From the NCBI GenBank assembly GCA_037142195.1, contig JBAXBA010000001.1, forward strand, positions 160,001 through 224,000: 64,000 nucleotides of DNA. The letters run 5' to 3'. Made by a program: the position numbers and the translations under genes. Under the pieces are notes generated by a model. The model was given only the letters and a program-made list of their open reading frames with translations, did no database searches and had not been told where the DNA came from. The stretch is from Pseudomonadota bacterium. GTDB taxonomy: Bacteria; Bdellovibrionota_B; Oligoflexia; Oligoflexales; CAIMVM01. Every line of letters begins with the position of its first letter. Positions within the stretch are counted from its first letter, which is position 1. Shown here one piece after another: positions 11,637 to 26,238 of the stretch.

Positions 11637-12416
11637 TTAATGATCGTGCGAAACCGCCATTGAAATATAAATCGCTGAAAGCAGGGTAAAAATAAAACTT
11701 TGAACAAAGGCTACAAGAAGCCCAAAAAACATAAGAAGAGAGGGAACTACCACATAAGTAAGGCCAGTAAATACACCTACAAGCATGTGATCGCCAAAGA
11801 TATTACCCATTAAGCGAAGACTTAAAGAAACTGGTCTGAAACTGTGGGAAATAAGCTCAATTACAAACATTACGGGAAACAACCACCAAACGGGTCCCCC
11901 AAAATGGGCCAGATAACTTTTTATGCCCTGGGCTTTAACTCCGAAAATGTTGTAAGTAAAAAATACGATCAGCCCCATAGCCAAGTTTGTGCTCATACTT
12001 TCAGTGGCAGGAGGAAAACCTGGAACTAAGCCCAAAAGATTATTGAATAGAATGAAGAAAAACAGGGTTCCTACCAAGGGCAAAAAAGTTTTGTAGCTCT
12101 CGCCTATCAAATCTTTCGTTAAATCAGTAACAAAGCCTGCAATCAACTCAATAAATACAACTAGACCAAATCGATCTGAAGGAACCGGATTCGCCATAGC
12201 TGAATTTACATAGGACCGAAAAGAAAGTCCCAAAATTGCTAAAATCAAGGTTACAAAAAGAGCTCCCACTGCAGGAGAAAGGACAGATTCCATTCCTAAC
12301 TGATGAGCAGTTATCTCAAAATAGTTAATAAAATGAGGAATTCCAGCTGCTTGAGCATGGCCAGCAAAAATAAAACCTAACCCTATACTTAGTAAAGAAA
12401 ATAGAACTTTTTTCAT
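11637..12416 (-). CDS. atpB: ATP synthase F0 subunit a
   Basis: NNLLGLVPG, ELISHSFRPVSLSLRLMGNI (essential Arg) and QSFIF. Start set at MKKVL. Confidence 0.95.
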   Translation of the reverse strand: MKKVLFSLLSIGLGFIFAGHAQAAGIPHFINYFEITAHQLGMESVLSPAVGALFVTLILAILGLSFRSYVNSAMANPVPSDRFGLVVFIELIAGFVTDLTKDLIGESYKTFLPLVGTLFFFILFNNLLGLVPGFPPATESMSTNLAMGLIVFFTYNIFGVKAQGIKSYLAHFGGPVWWLFPVMFVIELISHSFRPVSLSLRLMGNIFGDHMLVGVFTGLTYVVVPSLLMFFGLLVAFVQSFIFTLLSAIYISMAVSHDH

Positions 12417-12482
12417 TACAAAACCCTTAAAAATTAGCGCGCCAAATAAATACACCAAAAAATCTACTTTTAATAGAAAATT

Positions 12483-12845
12483 TTATAGATTTTCCTTTAG
12501 GTCCCGGAGACAATAGTAAAACCAGCCTAAAGAAATCAGGCCGCCTAGGACTAGGCCCCAGGGTGTGGCCAAGTATTTTAAGCCTACCGCTATATAGAAG
12601 ATTTCCCAGCTTAGTTTCCCAGATATCGTAGCCATTCCCCGAATTCCCGAAAAAAACCTCGCTTGGCTTTTCTTATTTAAGAAACTGCTGCCCAAAATAT
12701 AGAGAAACTCAAAAACCACTCCGCCGCCTAATAGGCCCCACCAAATGCCGTGTTTAGAACTAAAATAGGTTTCCAGGCCATAAATCGTAAGAGTGCCAAC
12801 TAAAACGCCGACAACGTATTGGATATTTTGGCGGCTTCTATTCAC
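12483..12845 (-). CDS. Small multi-TM membrane protein, AtpI-like by position
   Basis: Four hydrophobic segments; directly upstream of atpB. Confidence 0.55.
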   Translation of the reverse strand: MNRSRQNIQYVVGVLVGTLTIYGLETYFSSKHGIWWGLLGGGVVFEFLYILGSSFLNKKSQARFFSGIRGMATISGKLSWEIFYIAVGLKYLATPWGLVLGGLISLGWFYYCLRDLKENL

Positions 12846-13063
12846 TTCTTTTCCTTATTTAACATGAATCTTATGACTGTATAGAAAGTATGCACAATAA
12901 TAAGAAGTGATAGGGGCATAATAACCATAAGCCAGCTTTGCGACCAGGGATGCTTCTTATCTAGCTCCTTCCCTAACCAATAGCCACCCATAATTAACGT
13001 TGCCGCTTGAACTTGTGCCGATAAAAAATACATGAACCCGCGAACGTTTCGATCTAATGCCAC
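12842..13063 (-). CDS. AtpZ/AtpI (ATPase gene 1) family protein
   Basis: Two TM helices with the GYWLGKELDK..P.W pattern; heads the atpB-atpE unit; GAG RBS-like sequence before GTG. Confidence 0.7.
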   Translation of the reverse strand: MALDRNVRGFMYFLSAQVQAATLIMGGYWLGKELDKKHPWSQSWLMVIMPLSLLIIVHTFYTVIRFMLNKEKK

Positions 13064-13205
13064 AATCTGCCTCTCAGTCGTATTGCAAAGCTGACACCCT
13101 AATAAATGGACACTCAGCAGTCCCTATGATACCCTTCACCACCAAATTGAAACTCCAAAACCCAAGTCTCTTTTATGAGGCGTTTATCTATAAACGAGAT
13201 TCCGT

Positions 13206-14609
13206 ATGAACAACTGGTTTCCTGAACAAAATCAAAAGCCTCCTACGCGCCCTACTCCCGACTTATTTACGGCTTGGCAGCAAATTGCCGACTTTATAAA
13301 ACAACGCGTGGATTCGGAAGTTCATGATTCCCTATTGCAACCTATTAAAATCACAACCGTAGTTGATCAAGACGAAATTATTGCTCATGTGCCAAATAGT
13401 GTGTTTTATCAACGTTTTTTAGATGAAGTCTTCCCTCTCATCAATGATGCAAAGGTACTCCTTGGCTTTCAGAATATAAATATTCGCCTTAATGTGGAAC
13501 AGTTGTCTTCCGTTTATCAACAGATCTCCACATCGATTGAAAACGCTCCCAAAGCAAACCATAACAAAAGTATCTCTAATAAGTCAGGATTAAATCCAAA
13601 TTATACCTTTGATTCTTTTGTAAGAGGTCCCTCTAACCAGTTTGCGTTCGCAGCGAGCCTCAACGTTTCCGATAATCCCGGACAAGCTTATAATCCAATG
13701 TTTATTTATAGTCAGCCTGGCCTTGGAAAAACTCACCTTCTGCATGCAATTGGCAATCGCATCTTAGAAAAGAACCCCAATGCGGTTGTCACTGTTACAA
13801 CGGCTGATACCTTTTTAAATGAAATGATCTATTGCCTTAGACATAATAAAATGCATGAAATGAGGCAAAAATACAGAAATTGTGACGCTCTTTTGGTGGA
13901 TGATATTCAATTTCTTTCGGGCAATAAACAAGCGACACAAGAAGAGTTCTTTCATACATTCAACGCCCTCCATGGTGAGAAGCGACAAATCGTCATTACG
14001 TCTGATAAATTCCCCCATGAAATTCCAGATCTGGAAGAGCGTCTTCGCACTCGTTTTCAATGGGGTCTCATTGCCGACATTCAACCGCCTGATTTTGAAC
14101 ACCGTGTAGCCATTTTGTATAATAAGGCAGAACAAATTGGCATCAAGCTCACACAGGATGTTGCGGAGTTTATTGCTAGCAAGGTTAAAAAGAATGTCAG
14201 GGAACTTGAAGGTACCCTACATCGCATTGCTGGGTACTCTAGAATAGAAGGCCGCATTATTTCAAAAGAGTTGGCGGCAGATATCCTTTCCGCCATCGTC
14301 GGTGACAATACACAAAGACTTACGGCTGAGGTTATTATGAAAATAGTAGCCGATTACTATAATCTTAAAATTCCGGATCTTAAATCCAAACGCCGTCACC
14401 AAAATCTAACCATGCCTAGACAAATTGCCATGTATATGACGCGCAATCATTTAAGCTCCTCCTTTCCCGAGATTGGCGAGAAATTTGGTGGCAAAGACCA
14501 TACGACCGTTATGCATGCTGTAAAGAAGATCACTCTCAATCTTAAAACGGACCCTGATTTAAGAAGCCAAATTGAAAATCTTGAACGCAACCTTGAGCAA
14601 TATAAATAG
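13206..14609 (+). CDS. dnaA: Chromosomal replication initiator DnaA
   Basis: LNPNYTFDSFV, GLGKTHLL, DDIQFL, TQEEFFHTFN and GGKDHTTVMHA. Confidence 0.98.
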   Translation: MNNWFPEQNQKPPTRPTPDLFTAWQQIADFIKQRVDSEVHDSLLQPIKITTVVDQDEIIAHVPNSVFYQRFLDEVFPLINDAKVLLGFQNINIRLNVEQLSSVYQQISTSIENAPKANHNKSISNKSGLNPNYTFDSFVRGPSNQFAFAASLNVSDNPGQAYNPMFIYSQPGLGKTHLLHAIGNRILEKNPNAVVTVTTADTFLNEMIYCLRHNKMHEMRQKYRNCDALLVDDIQFLSGNKQATQEEFFHTFNALHGEKRQIVITSDKFPHEIPDLEERLRTRFQWGLIADIQPPDFEHRVAILYNKAEQIGIKLTQDVAEFIASKVKKNVRELEGTLHRIAGYSRIEGRIISKELAADILSAIVGDNTQRLTAEVIMKIVADYYNLKIPDLKSKRRHQNLTMPRQIAMYMTRNHLSSSFPEIGEKFGGKDHTTVMHAVKKITLNLKTDPDLRSQIENLERNLEQYK

Positions 14610-14928
14610 GCCTCTACTGAGCAGATCCTAAAAAGACCTGTGGATAACGTGTTTAATTCTCTCTTGAGAACTAGTGGACAGATTGGGATTAGAGCTGGGA
14701 CAAAAATATGACTAAAAAAAGGGCTGTGGATGAAAGGTGAGTTATCAAGAATTCATTCCCTATTAACCAACAGAGTGCGCACAGGGCTTTTCATGATTAA
14801 TCATAATTATAATAGTAACTTATGTAGTTATCCCCAGAATTTCTTGATCCCTACTACTACTACTATTAAAGAAATAATGAATCCTTAATTAAATAGGGAA
14901 AAAACAAAACTCAACAGGAGATGTCAAT
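14610..14928. other. oriC: Predicted oriC (dnaA-dnaN intergenic region)
   Basis: DnaA boxes TGTGGATAA 14639-14647 (perfect), TGTGGATGA 14725-14733, TTATCAAGA 14742-14750 and TTATCCCCA 14828-14836. DnaA-trio run (TAC)4TAT at 14852-14866, then AT-rich DNA. Gene strand bias flips nearby. Confidence 0.85.
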
Positions 14929-16053
14929 ATGTTGGTTACTGTAAACCGCGAAGATTTCCAAACGGCTGTAACTCGCTTGCAAGGACCCCTAACTGATAAA
15001 AATGTCGGGCATGTTGGAATCAAGACGGAAGGCAATCGTCTTATCCTAACGGCGAGCGATAAAATATTAACGATTATTTGTGAAATTAACTCCAACACCA
15101 TAAGACAAGGCATTGTTTTTCTACCAGGAAAGCTTCTCACCGATGTGGTTAGAGAACTTCCAGTGGGTGATGTCACCTTGGAATCCAATGAGAGTGCTGT
15201 GATAGTTACTGCGGGTGAAAAGTCACATTTTACTATGAAACTTCCCCAAATAAAAAATTTGGCATGGCCAGTAATCGATCGGCCGACTCAATTGTCAACA
15301 GCCATCGTTTCTGCTGAACGTTTTAAATATATGATTGAGCAGGTTTTATTTACCATCGCTACCGATAGCCCGCACCCTTATGGAGGTGTAGGTTATTTAC
15401 ACAAACCCACATCGCAATTGGTGCGCCTTGTAGGTACCGACGGCTTTAGGTTGTCATACTGCGAAGTCAATCTCGACAATCTTCCAGAAGACTTTTTAAA
15501 AGCAGGCCTTTGTTTGTCGAAACGAGCTCTTTTAGAACTCCAAAAAATTTGTTCTGAGGGGTTTGAAACCGTCAGCTTGTCTATTTCAGAAGATCAAAAG
15601 ACATTTATCACCGAGGTTCCAGGATATTTCGTCTTCCATCGCCTCATTAAGGTTAATTATCCGAACTATCAGGGCGTCATTCCCACCGCTCCCGCTCAGA
15701 CTATAAGTCTGCCACGAGCAAGTTTGCAGTCTATGGCCAGACGTGTGCTCCTTGCTGCAGACAAAAGTAAGGCACTCAATTTGAATTTTGAACCTGAAAG
15801 GCTTACTCTGGCCTCGCACACAGCAGGCGAGTCAGAGGGTAAAGAAACATTAGGAATTGATGATTATAATGGTCCCAGCTGCAATTTGTCCCTAAATGGA
15901 AGATATTTGCATGACATTGTTTCTTCTACAGGCAGCGCCCAACTTTTGATCTGCTTTAATGCGCCGGATCAACCTGTAATGCTTGCGCCGGCCGTAGAGC
16001 CCATTGCCTGTAAGTCCAAGCATGTTTTGGTTCCCATGAAAGAAACTCACTAA
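14929..16053 (+). CDS. dnaN: DNA polymerase III beta sliding clamp
   Basis: VGTDGFRL, YPNYQGVIP, LNGRYL and VLVPM; follows dnaA; AGGAG RBS. Confidence 0.93.
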   Translation: MLVTVNREDFQTAVTRLQGPLTDKNVGHVGIKTEGNRLILTASDKILTIICEINSNTIRQGIVFLPGKLLTDVVRELPVGDVTLESNESAVIVTAGEKSHFTMKLPQIKNLAWPVIDRPTQLSTAIVSAERFKYMIEQVLFTIATDSPHPYGGVGYLHKPTSQLVRLVGTDGFRLSYCEVNLDNLPEDFLKAGLCLSKRALLELQKICSEGFETVSLSISEDQKTFITEVPGYFVFHRLIKVNYPNYQGVIPTAPAQTISLPRASLQSMARRVLLAADKSKALNLNFEPERLTLASHTAGESEGKETLGIDDYNGPSCNLSLNGRYLHDIVSSTGSAQLLICFNAPDQPVMLAPAVEPIACKSKHVLVPMKETH

Positions 16054-16065
16054 GAATAGAATTAA

Positions 16066-18594
<2,529 letters not shown>

Positions 18595-18611
18595 TTTAGT
18601 AGGAACCAAAA

Positions 18612-21098
18612 ATGACGCTAGCACTTATTCATCCTATTAAGATAGAGCAAGAAATTAAAACATCGTTTTTAAATTATTCGATGAGTGTAATTGTATCGCG
18701 TGCCCTGCCTGATGTTCGCGACGGACTCAAGCCTGTGCATCGAAGAATTCTGTTTGCTATGCATGATCTCAAAAACTATCACAATAAGCCTTATTTGAAA
18801 TCAGCCCGTATCGTCGGAGACGTGATTGGTAAGTATCACCCACACGGGGATTCTGCTGTTTATGATGCCTTAGTTCGTATGGCTCAGCCCTTTTCTTTAC
18901 GTTACCCTTTGGTCGACGGACAGGGGAACTTCGGATCTGTAGATGGTGACTCTGCAGCTGCTATGCGATATACGGAATCTAGAATGCATGAAATCTCCGA
19001 GTTTTTACTTGCAGACCTTGACCGCGGCACCGTAGATTTCGTACCTAACTATGACAATAAAGAAGAAGAGCCCACGGTTTTACCTTCTATGGTTCCGCAA
19101 CTCATTATTAATGGCGCAAGCGGGATTGCAGTTGGAATGGCCACCAATATTCCTCCACATAATTTGGGAGAAATCATTGATGGGCTTGAAGCCATCATAG
19201 CTAAGCCTGAAACCACAATCGATGAGTTGATGCTATTGATTCATGGGCCAGACTTCCCAACCGCCGCTGAGATTCATGGGGTATCTGGGATTCGCGATGC
19301 CTATTTAACGGGGCGCGGCTCTGTCGTGATGCGTTCTAAGGCCGTAATTGAGCAGACGAATAATCGTGATCATATCATATTTACAGAAATTCCATTCCAG
19401 GCAAACAAAGCAAGAATTATTGAAAAAATAGCGGAATTGGTTCAGGAAAAGAAAATCGAAGGAATTTCTGATATTCGCGATGAATCAGCTAAAGAAGAGA
19501 TTCGCATTGTAGTGGATATCAAACGCGGCGAATCAGCTGAAATTGTTTTAAATCATCTTTTTAAATTAACGCCTCTTCAAACCAGTTTTGGTGTGAATAT
19601 GGTGGCTTTGGTTAAAGGTCTGCCAAGGCTTCTTAATTTAAAGCAAGTTTTGGAAGAATTTTATCACCATCGACGTGAAGTTGTCGTCAGGCGAACCGCC
19701 TTTTTACTTGGTAAGGCCGAAGAACGCGCCCATATTTTACAGGGCTTAAAACTCGCGGTGGAAAATGTTGATGAAGTTGTAAAGATTATTCGAGCTTCCA
19801 GTGATTCCAGAATTGCCGGTGAGCAATTGATTGCAAGATTTGACTTTTCCGATGTTCAAGCTAAGGCCATTTTAGATCTTAGACTTGCCCGTTTGACAGG
19901 ATTAGAGCGAGAAAAGATAGTAGCTGAATATAATGCTGTGATGGTTGAAATAGCTGATTATAAGGATATTTTGGACAAGCCACTTAGAGTTACAGCGATT
20001 ATTTTAGACGAGCTAAAATTGGTAAGAGAAAAGTTTGCCGATAAACGCCGAACGGTGATTCTAGCAAGTGCTGCCGACCAGTTTACTATGGAAAGCTTAG
20101 TAGCCGACTTGCCAGTTGCGGTAACTGTGTCACATACCGGTTATGTGAAGAGAACTCCCCTAACGGAAATTCAGGCGCAGAAGCGGGGCGGTAAAGGCAA
20201 AGCCGGAATGTTGACCAAAGATGAAGATTTTGTGGAATCAATTTTCCATACGACGAATCATCAAAATATTCTTTGCTTCACCAATTTAGGACGGGTTTAT
20301 AACTTAAAAGTTTATGAAGTTCCCGAGGCCCCCATGCGGGCAAGGGGCAAGCATTTTGCGAATTTGGTACCCCTCCAGCCCAATGAGAGGGTAGTTCAGG
20401 TTCTTCCTATTTCTGAGTTTAAAGCTGGGCTTTCTTTAGCGTTTGTAACCCGAGAAGGCTACATTAAAAAGACTGAGCTCATGTCCTACTCTAATGTTCG
20501 TTCCAGCGGAATTATTGCCCTCACTTTAGAGGAAAATGACGCTTTGATGGGTGTTAGAATTGTTAAGGAAGATGATGATATATTGATCGCCACAAGTATG
20601 GGAAAAGCCATACGATTCCCTTCAAGTGATGTGAGAGATATGGGGCGATCGGCAAGGGGTGTTACGGGGATTCGCTTCTCTGAAGCTGACCGTGTGATTG
20701 GCCTTGATGTACTTTCCAAGGATCCTGGCACGTTTATTCTTTCCGTATCTGAAAACGGCTACGGAAAGCGCACCGAACTTGAGGAATATAGAACCCAATC
20801 TCGCGGCGGAAAAGGCATCTATACCATTAAAGTAACAGAAAAAAATGGACCTGTTGTCGGAATCGCTCAAGTCAAAGAAACGGACCATATTATGATGGTA
20901 ACCACGGCCGGAACTTTGATTCGAAGTAAGGTATCTGAAATCGGCGTCGTCGGGCGAAACACTCAAGGAGTTATCCTTATGCGGGTGTCAGAAGGTGAAA
21001 AAGTCAATGCTCTTAGCATGATACCTCCAGAAGAACTTTTTGCCGAAGGTGATGCCGCAAGCTCTAGCGAAGCTGCCGGGGATCCAGAAGACGAATAA
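18612..21098 (+). CDS. gyrA: DNA gyrase subunit A
   Basis: [25 protein letters not shown] (catalytic Tyr) and GyrA-box QKRGGKG. Confidence 0.98.
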   Translation: MTLALIHPIKIEQEIKTSFLNYSMSVIVSRALPDVRDGLKPVHRRILFAMHDLKNYHNKPYLKSARIVGDVIGKYHPHGDSAVYDALVRMAQPFSLRYPLVDGQGNFGSVDGDSAAAMRYTESRMHEISEFLLADLDRGTVDFVPNYDNKEEEPTVLPSMVPQLIINGASGIAVGMATNIPPHNLGEIIDGLEAIIAKPETTIDELMLLIHGPDFPTAAEIHGVSGIRDAYLTGRGSVVMRSKAVIEQTNNRDHIIFTEIPFQANKARIIEKIAELVQEKKIEGISDIRDESAKEEIRIVVDIKRGESAEIVLNHLFKLTPLQTSFGVNMVALVKGLPRLLNLKQVLEEFYHHRREVVVRRTAFLLGKAEERAHILQGLKLAVENVDEVVKIIRASSDSRIAGEQLIARFDFSDVQAKAILDLRLARLTGLEREKIVAEYNAVMVEIADYKDILDKPLRVTAIILDELKLVREKFADKRRTVILASAADQFTMESLVADLPVAVTVSHTGYVKRTPLTEIQAQKRGGKGKAGMLTKDEDFVESIFHTTNHQNILCFTNLGRVYNLKVYEVPEAPMRARGKHFANLVPLQPNERVVQVLPISEFKAGLSLAFVTREGYIKKTELMSYSNVRSSGIIALTLEENDALMGVRIVKEDDDILIATSMGKAIRFPSSDVRDMGRSARGVTGIRFSEADRVIGLDVLSKDPGTFILSVSENGYGKRTELEEYRTQSRGGKGIYTIKVTEKNGPVVGIAQVKETDHIMMVTTAGTLIRSKVSEIGVVGRNTQGVILMRVSEGEKVNALSMIPPEELFAEGDAASSSEAAGDPEDE

Positions 21099-21168
21099 GA
21101 GCTGCTGTTGATAAACCTGGGGATAGTCCGTGTAAACACCAGAAGATTGTCGATATAAGCTTGTATTA

Positions 21169-22233
21169 TTGAGTATTTATGTATTGTTAGGGGCTGTGGA
21201 TTCAGTGGTGAAAACATTAAACACGCTGGTTGAAGACGATCGCCCTGAGATTTACCGCGAGGCTTCTGCTGGAATCTATTTAGACACAGGTAAAAGTCTA
21301 GAATTCGAGACCAAGAAGGGCTTGGTCTTTGATTTGGCTAGTCTTACTAAAGGACTCTTTACCGCTCCCAGAATCTTTCAATTTGCAGCCGAAAGAGGGA
21401 TTCTTCTGGAGCGGCCCATTTCTGAGTCGGCCAGCTCGGAACTTAAATGCAGACTTTCGCCCGCTCTATTGGCATTAACGTACGACCAAATTCTGTCCCA
21501 TACATCGGGTCTTCCCGCTTGGATGAACACTTATACGGAGTGTCTGGGAATCGATACGGGAAGCTCTCTCGCGAAACTCGGCTTCCATTTAAATCGCGTG
21601 GCTCAAAGACCTTTAGGTCCCAAAACTTTCTGTTATAGCGATGTTGGGTTTCTGCTTTTAGGTTTTATTTTGCAAGTAGAAACCAAAATGAGTTTAGGAG
21701 AACAACTCCATGCCTGGACGTACAAATCAGGGTCTAGGATTTCCTATGCTCCTTTGGATCGCACCGAAGTAGCTTCAACCGGCTATTGCCCTATGCGCCA
21801 AAGAGAGTTGAGGGGAGAAGTTCATGACGAAAACTGTTTTTACCTTGGCGGCGAGACGGGGCATGCTGGACTTTTTGGAAGCCTTCTAGATGTAAAACTG
21901 CATCTGAAATGGCTTTTTAAAGAATCCTTTGGCCAGTCATTTCTTCATCGCAACGCATTACTCAGAAAAACGCCCCATCAAAACCCTTATCTGAGTCACG
22001 ACGGTCTTTTAGGATTAAGACAAGGGTCTGGTCTTTCCGCCTATGATTTTTGTAGCGGACTAGCAATAGGTCACCTTGGCTTTACGGGAACCGCGTTTTG
22101 GATAGAGCCGGAATCTAAAGACATTGTGATTCACCTGACTAATCGCGTCGCGAACGGACGTCTTTCTAAAGGCATTACTCAGTCCAGGCAAAAATTTTGC
22201 GAGTTTGCCCATTCAGAACGTACTAAATACTGA
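21169..22233 (+). CDS. Serine hydrolase, beta-lactamase class C/PBP-like family (start uncertain)
   Basis: FDLASLTK (SxxK), LSHTSGL, YSD, GEVHDEN, GHAGLF and GHLGFTGT. Confidence 0.88.
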   Translation: MSIYVLLGAVDSVVKTLNTLVEDDRPEIYREASAGIYLDTGKSLEFETKKGLVFDLASLTKGLFTAPRIFQFAAERGILLERPISESASSELKCRLSPALLALTYDQILSHTSGLPAWMNTYTECLGIDTGSSLAKLGFHLNRVAQRPLGPKTFCYSDVGFLLLGFILQVETKMSLGEQLHAWTYKSGSRISYAPLDRTEVASTGYCPMRQRELRGEVHDENCFYLGGETGHAGLFGSLLDVKLHLKWLFKESFGQSFLHRNALLRKTPHQNPYLSHDGLLGLRQGSGLSAYDFCSGLAIGHLGFTGTAFWIEPESKDIVIHLTNRVANGRLSKGITQSRQKFCEFAHSERTKY

Positions 22234-22282
22234 GCTAAGATAGCCTCAATGGGGACTTATTATGTATAGTTTTAATATGACT

Positions 22283-23365
22283 TTAAAAAGAAGCGCCGAT
22301 ACCACCAAATAATTCAAAGCCAACCATATTTTTACTATGACCTAAAGCACTGCTAAATGTTGCAGCTCCCGCCGCTGCATCTGGGGAGTTAGGGTCTGTT
22401 ACCGTTGCTGAAGTCTTAGCAGTGCCCGACAAACCCAGAGAAAGGGTTGCTCCCAATTGAATGCCTATAGGTCCTAAGTCCATCATTACAAGAGCTGGTA
22501 CTCGAAGCGAAATCACAGAGATCGAAGACGTGCCTGATGCAATGACATTGGCATCCGCACCGCTGTCATTCTTTTGGATCGCAGAAAACTTTATGTTATT
22601 TGAGGAGTATCCAAGTCCTGCGCCCATTGCGATGTTGATTGGACTTTTTTGTATCGTAAATAGATAGTCCCCAAAAAGTCCCAAAAAGCTTCGCTTAGAA
22701 GTCAAGGATACATACTTAGTAGGCTCACTGATGCTGTAGTCAAGATCCACATTATTGTTGGGAATCATTCCGGAAATGCTGTAGCCAAGGCCCCCATGAA
22801 ACGGTCCAAACATTCCGGCTAAAATGAGGGCGGCGCCTGAGCTAACTTTAGATTCTTCTGCCCAGAGAGCCCCTGGCTCCGCCGGATTCGGTGGGTTGTA
22901 TTTGAGATTATTAGACTTAAAAACTGTAATCGGTGCGTAAGAGGCGCCAGCATAGATTCGAATTCTATTTTTGCGCGATTTTACCGAAACTTTCTTTGTT
23001 TTATCCGAACTAGAAATTTCTTCTGGAGGCCCTGAATTTTCCTTAGTAGCTTCCTGAGCCATTTCTCCGGAGGGATCAAGAGCCGCTTTTTTTGCAGATT
23101 TGCTCAATTTGGCGGTCATGCCTTTTTCGACTTTAGAGAGACTTGACTTCTTTACTTTGACCAGTGCTTTGAGCCCTTTAACTTTTGAAACGACTCCACA
23201 GGCCTTTTTTTTGCCCTCTTTTACAAAGCAAACATGAGACCCTACTGGCCATTCCGACTCAGAATCCATGAGGACAATCGGTCCAGATTTCCCAATTTTT
23301 TCCACACTGCCAGCAAAGGATACGGAAGTGAAAATACAAAGAATCCAGAAAGTCAATATCCTCAT
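22283..23365 (-). CDS. Secreted hypothetical protein, probable outer-membrane beta-barrel
   Basis: Signal peptide ending SFA, Lys-rich N-domain, alternating Gly/aromatic strands, terminal Phe. Confidence 0.6.
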   Translation of the reverse strand: MRILTFWILCIFTSVSFAGSVEKIGKSGPIVLMDSESEWPVGSHVCFVKEGKKKACGVVSKVKGLKALVKVKKSSLSKVEKGMTAKLSKSAKKAALDPSGEMAQEATKENSGPPEEISSSDKTKKVSVKSRKNRIRIYAGASYAPITVFKSNNLKYNPPNPAEPGALWAEESKVSSGAALILAGMFGPFHGGLGYSISGMIPNNNVDLDYSISEPTKYVSLTSKRSFLGLFGDYLFTIQKSPINIAMGAGLGYSSNNIKFSAIQKNDSGADANVIASGTSSISVISLRVPALVMMDLGPIGIQLGATLSLGLSGTAKTSATVTDPNSPDAAAGAATFSSALGHSKNMVGFELFGGIGASF

Positions 23366-24477
23366 TTAATGGTGACCGCCCTTCTTCGGAAGTCTTCACT
23401 ACTTACAACAACGGGGAAATTGCTAGATGATTTTAAGGTTTTAAAACTAACTAATTTAAGCTGCATAATTACAGGCTTATTCGCGAGTTTAGAAAACTCA
23501 TCCCTTGAAATTACACCCACCCCTGCTGAAGCGTTATAGACACAGGTGAAGCCCGAAGTCTCTCCCTGGACACGAGCATCAAAGAACACATACGCATCAG
23601 CGTCGACATTTTGCGCTTGCCAACGGGCTTCTAAATTAGGACCTAAAGGAAATATAACATTCGTTGCGCTGCCCAAGCGAACGCGCCCAAAACTAAGCTC
23701 TGTGTTAGAGATGATGGAGGCCCGAGAAAGAAGAGGAGTTCTAGGCAGATCAACCCCTTGAGTGCTGCCATCTAAACTAAATTCTAACTTTGTGGGCTTT
23801 TGAAGAGCCAGGGAGCTGGGAATGCGCATGGAAACAAAAGAATTTGGGTCGGCATTTTCTGACTTTGTTCCGCCGATGGAAATCCAGTCGATATTCGAAG
23901 GCGTCGAGCTGCCTAGCAGCGAAAACAAATCAATGGCCTTGGGAAAACAGCCTGGATTGATCTTGGGCAATCCGCCACCATACCCATTAAGACTTGTCAC
24001 AGAAAGGGTTCCAAGGGAGCTATTCACCTTACTTAGAACCAGGTTTGATTTTTCGGCGGTAGTAGGAAAATTCGTATAATCATTCCCCCCCTCTCTTAAG
24101 AGGCGGGACTCGCCAAAATTACCTGGCGAGGCGCCAAACGAAGCTTGATACCAATAAACCACATCAGGATCTAGACCAGGAAGCACCACCTGATGATTAA
24201 AATGTGGCTTTTCTCCACAGGAAACTTTGCGGGCATCGCGCGGCGGGGTTTGTCCAGAAACTTGGGGCCAAAAGACAATTTCACAATAAGCTTCGGCAGT
24301 GGTATGGGCCATAAGGATACCAAGGCTGCGCTCATTCGTTCTAGACAATTGAATGGCCGTTGAAGGGTCGATGAGGGCTCTTCCACCGTCTTTTTTAGGA
24401 CCCTTATTACGGCCTGAATTAAAGAGCCAACATCCTGAAAGACCGAAAAAAAATGTACATATTATGAAAAACTTCAT
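23362..24477 (-). CDS. Hypothetical lipoprotein
   Basis: Lipobox LSGC; HQVVLPGLDPDVVYWYQ resembles an Fn3-like strand pattern; 4-bp overlap with the next gene. Confidence 0.65.
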   Translation of the reverse strand: MKFFIICTFFFGLSGCWLFNSGRNKGPKKDGGRALIDPSTAIQLSRTNERSLGILMAHTTAEAYCEIVFWPQVSGQTPPRDARKVSCGEKPHFNHQVVLPGLDPDVVYWYQASFGASPGNFGESRLLREGGNDYTNFPTTAEKSNLVLSKVNSSLGTLSVTSLNGYGGGLPKINPGCFPKAIDLFSLLGSSTPSNIDWISIGGTKSENADPNSFVSMRIPSSLALQKPTKLEFSLDGSTQGVDLPRTPLLSRASIISNTELSFGRVRLGSATNVIFPLGPNLEARWQAQNVDADAYVFFDARVQGETSGFTCVYNASAGVGVISRDEFSKLANKPVIMQLKLVSFKTLKSSSNFPVVVSSEDFRRRAVTIK

Positions 24478-24596
24478 GAATACAGGGCCCTTTCTAATGG
24501 CTCTTAAACTATTTTACATCAATTATGGGCAACCACCTAAAATCTTCAAGTAGTCAAACAAGCCTCGAACATGCTAGATTCTTTTCCCGTGGATAA

Positions 24597-26237
<1,641 letters not shown>

Positions 26238-26238
26238 T

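Noticed and set aside
18612..21098. Topoisomerase IV ParC, or a quinolone-resistant gyrA allele
   Set aside because: The GyrA-box QKRGGKG is present and the QRDR reads wild-type GDSAVYD.
21169..22233. True antibiotic-resistance beta-lactamase
   Set aside because: No signal peptide, and the YSD and GHLGFTG motifs fit cytoplasmic esterase/amidase members of the family.
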